In this document: piece after piece, positions 1-64,000 of the stretch | Numbering within the stretch: position 1 is the stretch's first letter | Layout: every line of letters begins with the position of its first letter | DNA from: Eledone cirrhosa | Lineage: Eukaryota | Direction: 5' to 3' | DNA: 64,000 nt | Assembly (NCBI GenBank): GCA_964016885.1 | Contig: OZ024747.1 | Coordinates: forward strand, 85,126,001 to 85,190,000 | Position numbers and translations under genes: made by a program | The notes under the pieces: generated by a model | Seen by the model: the letters and a program-made list of their open reading frames with translations, nothing else | What the model was told of the DNA's origin: nothing | Database searches by the model: none

Positions 1-120
1 TTATACTATTTGTGTGGTAACCTATGCCGAAATCATTCATGATAAAAGGCAATCAATATATTTTTTTATTTGATTCATCAAACTGAATATTAAAGTACAA
101 TTATTTTTCATTGTTAATAC

Positions 121-1311
121 CAAGGGTCGGCAACCCCCCGGCCCACGGGCCACATCCAGCCCGGGAAGGATTTTTGTCCAGCCCGCCAACAGGTTTCAAT
201 CTTAGCCTAAGCGGTCCCTGAAAAAGTGCTCTGAATTATTTTGGATTAGAATACCGACTAGAGAACATGTCTAGCCACAAGACTCACTTGGCTGAACGTA
301 ATGTTTTGCATGACAGTAACAAACAATCAAACTCATACAGATAGTATCTCATTAAACAATTTACCATTTCTGCCTGTATAATATTTGTAATAAGGAATGT
401 CATTAAAGTAATATCACATAAAATTCATCGTTCTTTTTTATATCCCGGGATTAAGGTAGCCTTCTGGACAGCAGTTTTGATATCATGATTTTTGATATTT
501 GATATCATGACCTAAGACATTGCATAGCTATGTGGCCTGCCAACAAGACACTGCATAGCTATGTGACCTGCCAACAAGACACTGCATAGCTATGTGGCCT
601 GCCGACAAGACACTGCATAGCTATGTGACCTGCCGACAAGACACTGCATAGCTATGTGGCCTGAGACACTGCATAGCTATGTGGCCTGCTGACTAGACAC
701 TGCATAGCTATGTGGCCTGCCAACAAGACACTGCATAGCTATGTGACCTGCCAACAAGACACTGCATAGCTATGTGGCCTGCCAACAAGACACTGCATAG
801 CTATGTGGCCTGCCGACAAGACACTGCATAGCTATGTGGCCTGAGACACTGCATAGCTATGTGGCCTGAGACACTGCATAGCTATGTGGCCTGCTGACTA
901 GACACTGCATAGCTATATGGTTTGCCGACAAGACACTGCATAGCTATGTGACCTGCCAACAAGACACTGCATAGCTATGTGGCCTGCCAACAAGACACTG
1001 CATAGCTATGTGGCCTGCTGACTAGACACTGCATAGCTATGTGGCCTGAGACATTGCATAGCTATGTGGCCTGCTGACTAGACACTGCATAGCTATATGG
1101 TCTGCCGACAAAACACTGCATAGCTATGTGGCCTGCCAACAAGACACTGCATAGCTATATGGCTTGCCGACAAGACACTGCATAGCTATGTGGCCTGCTG
1201 ACTAGACACTGCATAGCTATGTGGCCTGAGACACTGCATAGCTATGTGGCCTGCTGACTAGACACTGCATAGCTATGTGGCCCACACACTCCAAAAGGTT
1301 GCTGACACCTG
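121..1311. mobile_element. Non-autonomous hAT (Charlie-like) DNA transposon
   Basis: Imperfect 15-bp TIRs caagggtcggcaacc / ggttgctgacacctg, subterminal ggccc motifs, degenerate 8-bp flanks gttaatac/atttatac. Confidence 0.7.
514..1282. repeat. Minisatellite, 26 units of 25/31 bp (AGACACTGCATAGCTATGTGGCCTG[CCAACA])
   Basis: Units counted directly; each contains the palindrome CATAGCTATG or a one-base variant. Confidence 0.95.
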
Positions 1312-2643
1312 ATTTATACCATAATATTTTTAAAATTGTTAGTGTTGGAAAAGATTGCTAGCTTAACAACATGTCACTGGTCAGGCACATTTTCTTTCGC
1401 TACCTAATTTGTCTGTCTGTTCTGTATTTATTTTCTCATACATAAGTTGGCATTAAAAATTGCGGTCTTCTCATTTGCTTGTGCAAAACCACAAGCCAGA
1501 TTGAGAGTTGACGAGATCAGATGCATTTGTATTTTTATACCGTCTTTTAAAGTTTGTAACTTTAATTTTGACTCTTATTGTAACCTTAATCTCCACTTAT
1601 CTTCCTTTCTTCTTTATTTATCACACTCTTCTCTCAATCATCTATACATCTCATCTACCTTTCACCCACCTCCAAACTTTCCATCCCCCCTTAACGACCA
1701 CTGGCCACTGTTTTCTGTCCTTAAAGGTATTTTTGTCCAGTCTACGTGCTGATATCATTGACAGCATTTGGCTGTTTTAACAGCAGTTCCTTTTGTTCAA
1801 GTTTCCAACTATAAATTTCATATACATTTTATATATATATATATATATATATACGTGTCCTCCGCTGTTCGTTGTTTTGAATATCTCAGATATTCCAAAC
1901 AACGAACAGCGGAGGACACGTTTCGCACCTTTCCGACAGACCCCCCCCCCCCCCCCCCCGAAAAAAATCCCAGTTGATGGATGTGAATCCGAAATATATA
2001 GGGACAATTAAATTTCTCCCAAGGTAACTCTATCTCGTGCTTTTATTTTTATCCTTTACGCTCTTTCCTACATTCTTCTACACGCTACAGTCTTCTACAC
2101 GCCACGCGTCTCAACGTACACCCACTTACATCTCTCTCTCCACCACCAGATCTTGTTACCCGGAGATTTACCCATCTGCATTGTCGAGGCTTCCAAACGA
2201 CTTAAAGAAATTTACCATATATATATATATAATAAATAATACGCACACATTCACACACACATATATATAATGCACAGGTGTGCATATACAACGAAAAAAC
2301 CCACCTGGAGGGTGGTATTTCAGCTAATTTCTAATAAAAGACACTGCCTGTGATTTGGGAAATAATCAAGAATTTGGAAGGATTTAGCAATATAACTTAT
2401 TTTGTCATTATTATGTTGGTATTTGAAGCATAACATAAAGGTTGTTTACATGAAATTAATGTAGACATTTTTAGAAACTATAAACACTTTAAAAGAAACA
2501 GCTTTGTATTGTAGAACCAAGGGGAGATTTCAGGTAGTTTCATATGAAAAGTGTTAAGATCTTTGTACTTGTTGTTGTGGGTTGATGTTATCAGATATTC
2601 TCTTCTTTAAATTTCAGGTATCTCTGAAGTGAAGATTTGTGTC

Positions 2644-56106
<53,463 letters not shown>

Positions 56107-56297
56107 CTGATTAAGAACAGAAACTACATCTCTCCAAACATATCATTTTACCAACTCACTTAAACCAGTAGAATTACAGCTTAAAAATACAAGCCTATTC
56201 TTTTCTGATCTCTTTATGCTATGTTTAAACTCTGCTACACTAGAAACATAGCTCCTAAATGCTATGGGTTTTATATACATACATACATCTCTCTCGT

Positions 56298-56342
<45 letters not shown>

Positions 56343-56354
56343 AACATACATACA

Positions 56355-56404
<50 letters not shown>

Positions 56405-56429
56405 TTATATATATATAAACATACATACA

Positions 56430-56522
<93 letters not shown>

Positions 56523-56607
56523 ATATATATATATATATATATATATAAACATACATACACACACGTATATATAAGTATGGTAGGGATGGAGTTAGTCGTC
56601 AGTTTCA

Positions 56608-56617
56608 AATAAATAAA
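56608..56617 (+). terminator. Candidate polyadenylation signal of CPS (overlapping AATAAA x2)
   Basis: AATAAATAAA about 500 nt after the stop, followed by T/GT-rich sequence. Confidence 0.55.
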
Positions 56618-57256
56618 TGATCTGTGCTACATTTATTGATGTGTTGAATGCTTTTCCTCCTCTTTATATATCCAGATGTGTGCTTCATCATCATCATCAT
56701 CAGCGTTTTACGTCCGTTCTTCCACGTTAGCATGGGTTAGACGGGTTGTCCTGTCGTGGGCAGTGCAAGTTGGCTGACCATGTCTTGCTCATACGGAAAC
56801 TGATTCTGGCTTGATTTCTACAGCTGGATGCCCTTCCTAACACCAACCTAATTTACAGTGAGCGTTGGGTGCTTTTTTTCTGTGGCGCCTACACGTCCAC
56901 TGTACAGTGTGGGCTGGGTACTTTTTTGCCATGGCACCTCCACGAGCACTTTGCAGTGGGAGGGGGTGGAGCCATATTACCTATATGCTTCAGCTTGTAC
57001 CCGTGGGAAGTCGGGTCTTCTGTATTACCGTGCGACGCAGTAATGTGTAGGACAAAACAAATCCAAAAACGAAGTATATATATAATGAGAGAGAGGTTAA
57101 TTATAATTAACTGTTGTGGAACTAACCTCTACCATGGAACTAACCTCTACCATGGACTGAGTGCTCTAACATGAATGGACCTCTTATTTTTATCAAAAGA
57201 CATTTTTTCCAATTCCAACCCGCCCGTTCCCTCAATCTATCTTATTTCTCATTCTT

Positions 57257-57292
57257 TCTTCTGATGAAGGACTAGCGTCCGAAACGTTAAGA
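57257..57292 (+). ncRNA. Minimal type I hammerhead motif (Penelope pLTR type)
   Basis: ucuu-CUGAUGA-a-ggac(uagc)gucc-GAA-ACGU-U-aaga. Confidence 0.7.
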
Positions 57293-57572
57293 CCCTCTTC
57301 CTGCTATATCAAGCGTTAACCTAATATATCCCTTCCATATAGTGTGCCAATTGTGTTGTTATTTCTGTTTACCTTTTACTAATATATATATATATTAGTA
57401 AAATGAATTAACCTTGGGGAGGGGAATAAGGTGGACAGAAATGCTTGTATGAATTAAACACAAGCATTTATTGGAGGACTGTGATAACCATTGTGGCAAC
57501 TTTTCATAAAAATAACTAAAAGAATTTCAAACTTTCCCAATAGCTTTTAAACGCATCGGTATTGTTTGTTTG

Positions 57573-57635
<63 letters not shown>

Positions 57636-58559
57636 GCTGTGCAAATGGGAGAAACAAAACTCAGTATATGTGTAGAATGGATGGCTGGAATGAAATATAT
57701 TTGCTTATAGCTGCAAAGCTAATAATTGCTAAGAGTTAAATCTTCCCTAAAAAAAAATCAATTTTATAAGTCACTGAAAAAGTAAATGATGCTTTCAGCT
57801 GGATACGAACTCAAAACCTGTATAGAAAGAATAACAGTCATTATGAGGACCAGGCTGGAATATTCTATTTCGATAAAGAGGTATCGACAAGCGAAAAAAG
57901 TTGTGAGCTAATTTATTTAATTTTTGTATAAATAGGACAATATGACAACAACGTTGTTTGGAAATTAGATCGTGGCAGATATCGAATTAACTGCGCAACC
58001 GTATAAATTTCTAAGAAATAAGGTATCTCTTTGGGAAATTTTCTTGAATCCGTTTTTTTTATTGTGTTCGATTAACCCAATTGTTAACAGTCCGCCTCAA
58101 ACTATTAATACTTCTGGTTCTAAGAAACAAAACAACCGATTTTAAAGGCTTCGTATGGAATTTAAAATCTTCCATCATAATTTGACATAGGAACTTTTTC
58201 TGAAATTATATTACAAATACCATTTAAATAATGTAGTAATTTTTTTATTGGTTACTCGAGCCGAAAATTTTTAATAAATACCTCCAAATTCTTTAATAAT
58301 TCAAATACAGTTAACGTTATTAGAAATTCGGTAACCCAAGGGTTAATATGTTAAAGTAGACAACCACTACATATATTACTTTTTTCAATAATGTGTCGTT
58401 AAGTAGCATATCAACATGGTTGAATGGTTAAGAAGTTTGCTTCGTAATCAATCTACGTGGCATCCTGGGCAAGAGTCATTTATCATAGCCTCTGTTCGAC
58501 CTAAGTCTAGATATCAAAAACTATCCGAACAGTATAAATAACTATTTAAAAACATCTGA

Positions 58560-58890
58560 CTGATAAAATGACAAGTCGGTCAACCATATTGGTGGCCTCC
58601 CCACAGCCCCGGCGGACAGAATGGAGAAGGCGTTTCCCCGGAGGACGGCAAGGGAGACGCGCTGGAAAGACCATTCCAACTCGCGACTGGCCTGCTCAGC
58701 GCCTTTGGTGGTGATTCGGGAGGTAGCCCTAGGGCCGATAACACTAGAAGTCTCCACTGCCACTGGTACAATCGCAAACCTGTCGGAGAGCGACCGGTAT
58801 TTGAAGAGTTTGGCCTCCTCAGCCCGACGTGCAGCAGAACCTGGGTTAGTCGCAGAGTGCACGAGGTTGCGGCTGGTGAGTGGAATAGGC
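58560..58890 (-). mobile_element. 3' fragment of CRE-clade (RLE-type) non-LTR retrotransposon
   Basis: AARRAEEAKLFKY..L....VPVAVET..VIG...FQRVSLAVLRGNA matches the C-terminus of CRE-like restriction-like endonuclease ORFs; GC-rich island. Confidence 0.7.
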
Positions 58891-59479
58891 TAGACCAGAG
58901 GTTCTCAAACTTTTTACCCCCCACCCCCCTCACGGCCAAGTAATTTCCTCAATGTACTGAGGTGTTGTCCATCTATTAAACACTCTATACGTATTAGTTG
59001 TTCTTATATAATTATGAAAGCGCACGACTTATTGGCTTGAGTGTTCGAGTCACGACACCAAGTTATCTTTGAGCAAGGCACTTTTTCCTATTGCTGCAGT
59101 CTAAAGCTGGCAAAAGAGTTGCGCATGTTATACAATGTCTCAGCCGAATCTTCCTGAGAATTGTGTTAAGGATACCCGTTTCTGTAGGAAGATTACCCAC
59201 TTGCATGTTCATTTCATGAGCAGATTATCCCCAGTGATCAAGCAACTGGAACACTCGTTAGAGCCAACGGAGGTCCAACACATTTTTTTCTAACTGTATC
59301 GGTCAGATATTGAAATGTAGCTAATATTTATTCTAAACCCTTTCCACAGAAGTTATAATTTTAACATTGGAATACAGAAATTTATCGTTGAAGTGTATTG
59401 TTTTAGCAATATTTCTAAAATGTTTATAGTTTTTGGTTGACATGTTCTTATCATTTTTGTTGTTGCCAGGATTCAGAAT

Positions 59480-61357
59480 ATGTCGATCTTCAAAATAGAT
59501 ACAAATTCTACGTCAGATGAAGAATGTTGGGAAAAAGTCGTTGAATTCTATCGTAAAGGATTTCTTTGTGATGTTCGTCTAAAAGGAAAATATGAATCTA
59601 AAATGGCGCATAACTATGTGTTATCTGCATTGTGTCCGACGGGTCCGTGGGCGGACATAGGTACTATTGTTAACAGCTCGAATGTGACTGAGTTAGATGT
59701 AAGTTCCTTATTCAAACGTCCAGGTGTCTTAACGGGTGTTATCGATTACATTTACGTTAACGAGATCGAACTTACAGATGTGACCGTCTACCCAGTACTA
59801 GATGTAGCAAAACAACTTAAACTCACTGAACTTGTGAGTATTTGCGCTCAATGTCTGTTGGAATATCTACAGGCGTCCAATGTTCTGGATACTCTTAATG
59901 TAGCTTACCAAATGAATATAAAGAATTTGATGGAAGTTTGTCTCGCTTTCAGTCGAGAAGTATTTGATGAGCTGATAGAAAGTGAATCCTTACAGTTGTT
60001 GTCTAAAGACTTTATAACATTTTTTATGAATCAAAGCCTTATAACTTCAGTGGATCCCGCAAAACTTGCTTTTTTTCTTTTGCGTTGGATTCTCGGAAAT
60101 ACTAAAGACGTTTATTTGCTAAAAGATTTCCTAAGAAATGTTGACATTAACCAATTTCAATTTCGAGAGGCTTATTCAATGATCAATGAACTAGCAACTA
60201 TCCCTGACTATATGACACAAACATTCAGAGTAATCGAGAAGCTTCACTTTAAGTCTCCAGCATCAGTTACTCTTAATAATATTGATAATTCGCCATTAAG
60301 TGGCAGATGTGTCATAGTGAGAGACTGCAAGGCATCCATTGTTTACTATATCGCTTCTGGTAAGTGGCTAACAATACCACATACATCGTACAAATACGTC
60401 ATCAGTCTATTCCAGAAAAAGTTGTTTTGTTCTAATGAAAGAATGTCTCCTCACTCCATAGATGTTTTAGATATTAATGGTGTACAGACGGTTGAAAACA
60501 TTGAGTGCCCTTCAAATTACTTAGGACCCATATTTTACAAGAATGACTTTTATATTCTGGCTGAATACCGCAGAAAAGGTTTCTATCAATACAAATTATT
60601 ACACAAAAAATATTTGAATGGGGTGTACTTCTTTGAACAATGCTTTCAATTCTGTACGAGTATAAGCGCGCAACGGCCAATCAAAGACTTCTTTTATTAC
60701 AACGATGAAGGCTATACGATTCTGGTTTTCATCACTAATCTAAATTGCTCAACTTCAGTGGTTGGAAGAGACTATTCCTTTGTATTTCGATTAAATTGGC
60801 TACCTTATAGTATTGCTACATTGATTAAAGCACAACCCGCTATTTCTGGTTATAACCTCTCCAGTAAAAACTTTACATACTGCCGGCAGAAACTTTACGT
60901 TCTTGGCAATGATATTGGAGATAAAATCTATAATGCTATCAAATTAAATGTTTCTTTTACAACCTATATTAAAGTTTTCGAGCTTTCCAGCGATGTCAAG
61001 CTTAATAAAAAATATCTCAAGATTCCGAAGCTTGGGCTAAATTATTTACCATTAAAACCTAAAGAATCAAGCGGCCATGAAATTATGCGTCATAACGATA
61101 TACAACTACAACCTATAGACGGAAAGATTTTCGTGGTTGCTCACAGAGCTCCAGCCATTGTCTATTGTTTCGAGATCGATTTATTAACTGGATTGTTGAA
61201 AATCACGACACCTATTCCGCTAAATGGTATCTCTGAATTAGAGGTTACATGCTTCTACTGTGAAGATTCAATTATCGAAATACTTCCTGAACAAAAGAAA
61301 TCCTTTGCTCTTGTCGAGGGACCAATTTTTAATGGTTGTAACCTTCACACGTTATGA
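59480..61357 (+). CDS. BTB/POZ-BACK (kelch-like family) protein, single coding exon, 625 aa
   Basis: Long open frame. N-terminal 'FLCDVRL...AHNYVLSA...VIDYIY..EIELT..TV..VL.VA.QL.L..L...C...L' is a BTB pattern, followed by a BACK-like helical region and a beta-rich C-terminus. Splice acceptor ttgccAG at 59468-59469 lies just upstream of the ATG. Confidence 0.85.
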   Translation: MSIFKIDTNSTSDEECWEKVVEFYRKGFLCDVRLKGKYESKMAHNYVLSALCPTGPWADIGTIVNSSNVTELDVSSLFKRPGVLTGVIDYIYVNEIELTDVTVYPVLDVAKQLKLTELVSICAQCLLEYLQASNVLDTLNVAYQMNIKNLMEVCLAFSREVFDELIESESLQLLSKDFITFFMNQSLITSVDPAKLAFFLLRWILGNTKDVYLLKDFLRNVDINQFQFREAYSMINELATIPDYMTQTFRVIEKLHFKSPASVTLNNIDNSPLSGRCVIVRDCKASIVYYIASGKWLTIPHTSYKYVISLFQKKLFCSNERMSPHSIDVLDINGVQTVENIECPSNYLGPIFYKNDFYILAEYRRKGFYQYKLLHKKYLNGVYFFEQCFQFCTSISAQRPIKDFFYYNDEGYTILVFITNLNCSTSVVGRDYSFVFRLNWLPYSIATLIKAQPAISGYNLSSKNFTYCRQKLYVLGNDIGDKIYNAIKLNVSFTTYIKVFELSSDVKLNKKYLKIPKLGLNYLPLKPKESSGHEIMRHNDIQLQPIDGKIFVVAHRAPAIVYCFEIDLLTGLLKITTPIPLNGISELEVTCFYCEDSIIEILPEQKKSFALVEGPIFNGCNLHTL

Positions 61358-61724
61358 GTTATGAATGGTATTTTTATATTTATAGAAATGAATTTAGTTT
61401 TAAGGTAATTCAATATGATATAGTTTAAACCACAAGGAAGATTTGTATAAGATCGTCATTTTCCTTAACGTCTAGAATTAGAGACGAAATATTCAAGTTG
61501 TATCGTGCCATGTTTGATTCACATTGTCATCGCAGTTCTTGGACAAGATACTTATTTCTCCATAATCAATTTGCCAAGTTATATTCTCTGGTTGACATTA
61601 CTTGCTAAAAGTTATTTTCATAACTAAGTGGAAGTTCTCATTCATTTAACATGATATCTCAGTTAATTGAATCATTGGTTTAACTACAGCGAAAACTACC
61701 ATGTCCGTTAAGTAAATAGTGGTC

Positions 61725-61759
<35 letters not shown>

Positions 61760-63535
61760 GAGATAACCTATAATATTGGAACATACTTTCAACTTCATAT
61801 ATTTATCTAATCTCATGAGAAAACTACCGGGGTTATTAGAGCCTATAACCTCTTTCTAGCACATTCGACAAACTATTGAATTGTACACTGCATTCGTTTT
61901 TAAATGCCTATTACTAGGACGGCAAGATTAAATAAAATATATATCTGAAAAATAATTTCAGCATATAGTTTTAACCTGCAAAGTGTGTGGATCGATGTTT
62001 TCCAATACGAAAGGCATTTTCTCTGAAAAAAAAAACGTTATAACTTTATAATCCTTTCATTTGTTTGCCTAAACGCTAAATGTCTCAAGTTGTATTACAT
62101 TTATAGAATAAAATATATTAAATGAACTTTTTTGTCTCGTATTTTACATTCATTTCAATATTCTATGCAAGGCCTAATGGTTAATTTCAGTACTCAATAA
62201 CGCAGTTTTGAGTTCAAGCATGATACTTTAAGCAAATGTCTTCTATCATAGCCTCGGCTCGGCTCAAACCTTTTGAGTAAAATTCAGTGTATGAATTATG
62301 CTTCTAGCTTCTAGAATGGTGGACTTAATTCGTCGCCCGTTTTAACATCACTTGGCCCTTGAGTGCCTTTTAGTGGTGTTAAGTGTTGTAAGTATTCATA
62401 CCAGGTCGGTTTATTTGTAGGAAAGGCAAACTGATTGAATCAACCTCAGTTCTTGACTGATACTTTATTTTATCGATCCGGGAAGAATGAAAGGCAAAGT
62501 TGACTTTAGCATGATTTGAACTTAAAATGTAAAGAACCAGAACAAATACTGTAATAGCATTTTATCGGAGGCTCTTACCAATTCTGCAAATTCTCCCACC
62601 CTGTGTACTAGTAAGATATTGATGCCGATTTATATCGATAATTAGCTAAAGTAGATTGGTATTTACAATGATTTCTAAAATCTTATCTCATTGGCGAAAT
62701 CACATTTTCATTTTTTTGCTTTTTTTACATCTGACAAGTTAAAAGTTCTCAACTTTTAAATTACGATTTCTGAAATTTAAATTTTATGGTGATCACCATT
62801 GAAACCTCTGTCTTCTTTCACCGAACTGGTTCCTACGCCAAGTCGGAAGAAGGGTATCACACCAGTGGAAGAGACCCATGACATGGAATACGTTACAGAG
62901 GGTATCACTAGCGTCCGTCATCTTGTTCTCAAGCGAAGCAGCTGACATATCCCGTTCAGCCAAGGGTGTAGTTTGTCTTCTCCCATACCCACAACCTCAA
63001 GTGAACATTTAACCAAAATCACTGTCAGATAAAACAGATGTTATCAAAACTGCCACGCAAGCTATTTCTGCCAACGTACACACAGCTATGGTTCAAGTGA
63101 CTGAATGATAAAAGATTAACCAGACTTCAGTCGGCTCATAATTTACACTAATTCGCTCTCTACACATTTAGGACGAACAGTTAAAAACACTTTAAATAGA
63201 GTAAAATCTGTTTCTTCTGTCCAAACGTATTTTTAAAAATTCCCTTTCCTCCCTATGGAGAATTGTGCGACTTTCGTCCTTTCTGTAGCAATTTAGATTA
63301 ATGGAAGTAAAGTCGCTAGCTTCGCATTTCATCCCTCCTCCCCCGTCAACATCAATCTAGACTAAAGGTTTTCAACCCCTTTTGCCCCTCGAAATATACT
63401 ACTGATTTTGATATCAGTAGATTACTGGGCCAAATCAAGTTATGTTAGATTCTTTAAAAAAATACTCGTACGAATTAAATACAAAAAAGTTTCAGTCCAA
63501 AACAAAAGCAAACTATTTCAAATTATATATTTTTG

Positions 63536-63580
<45 letters not shown>

Positions 63581-64000
63581 CTCAGTCGAAAATTTTTTTT
63601 TTTTTTAAAATTCTATATTTCACTGTTAGCTGTTGTAATATTAATATTTTGAGTGGATAGACAATTGAAACTACAAAGTCAAAATACAAAAGTTGCAAAA
63701 TATGAAGAATTTCTTACCTTTCTCTGAAATCACAAACTCAGGGGAAAAATAGTACCTTGCAAAATAATATACCTCGTAGCAAAATAAGTAGTAACGAATG
63801 AATTGAGAAGCTTGGTGACTGAGAAAGCAATATTTTTATCCCTTATATATATAAACACGCACACACGTGTGTGTGTGTGTGCCTTGGTACAGAAACGATT
63901 TTGCCTATTTTTTTTTTTATTGCCAGGTCAAAGGCCACAGCTCTTTTCAACAACGCCAAATAACAACGCTGCACGCACGCACGCACGCATGCATGCATGA

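Noticed and set aside
514-1282. CRISPR-like array of palindromic ~30-bp repeats
   Set aside because: Units are contiguous with no unique spacers, there are no cas genes, and the context is eukaryotic; it is a minisatellite inside a hAT-like element.
2015-2030. AAG|GTAACT as donor of the CPS 5' UTR exon
   Set aside because: A similar motif follows a hammerhead remnant elsewhere (49201), so it may belong to a repeat; cannot be assigned without transcripts.
59480-61357. Endogenous poxvirus-like BTB-kelch gene
   Set aside because: No neighbouring viral genes and a canonical splice acceptor precedes it; nothing visible favours viral origin.
63541-63573. Poly(A) run as the retrocopy tail of the BTB gene
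   Set aside because: It lies 2.2 kb past the stop, with no TSD found, and homopolymer runs are common in this window.

Overview
AT-rich, microsatellite-laden animal genomic DNA; the SINE/LINE repertoire suggests a coleoid cephalopod, probably an octopod (inference). Most of the window is one complete + strand carbamoyl-phosphate synthetase gene that I assembled by hand: 35 coding exons, 2644..56106, all GT-AG and phase-consistent, 4512 nt = 1503 aa. It has a putative mitochondrial presequence, an intact glutaminase Cys/His/Glu triad and a conserved N-acetylglutamate site, so it looks like a CPS III-type enzyme rather than CAD or ammonia-only CPS I. Downstream is an intronless 625-aa BTB-BACK (kelch-like) ORF. 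Intron 1 (15.7 kb) holds three 5'-truncated RTE-type LINEs (one with three C-terminal C2H2 fingers, one with a PHD-like finger inside the RT), a nested CR1-type fragment, a Helitron-like element and MITEs. About 18 copies of a tRNA-derived SINE occur across the window. The least obvious signal is about a dozen type-I hammerhead-ribozyme-like motifs of several Penelope-type families, including two embedded in long palindromes with covarying stem I.
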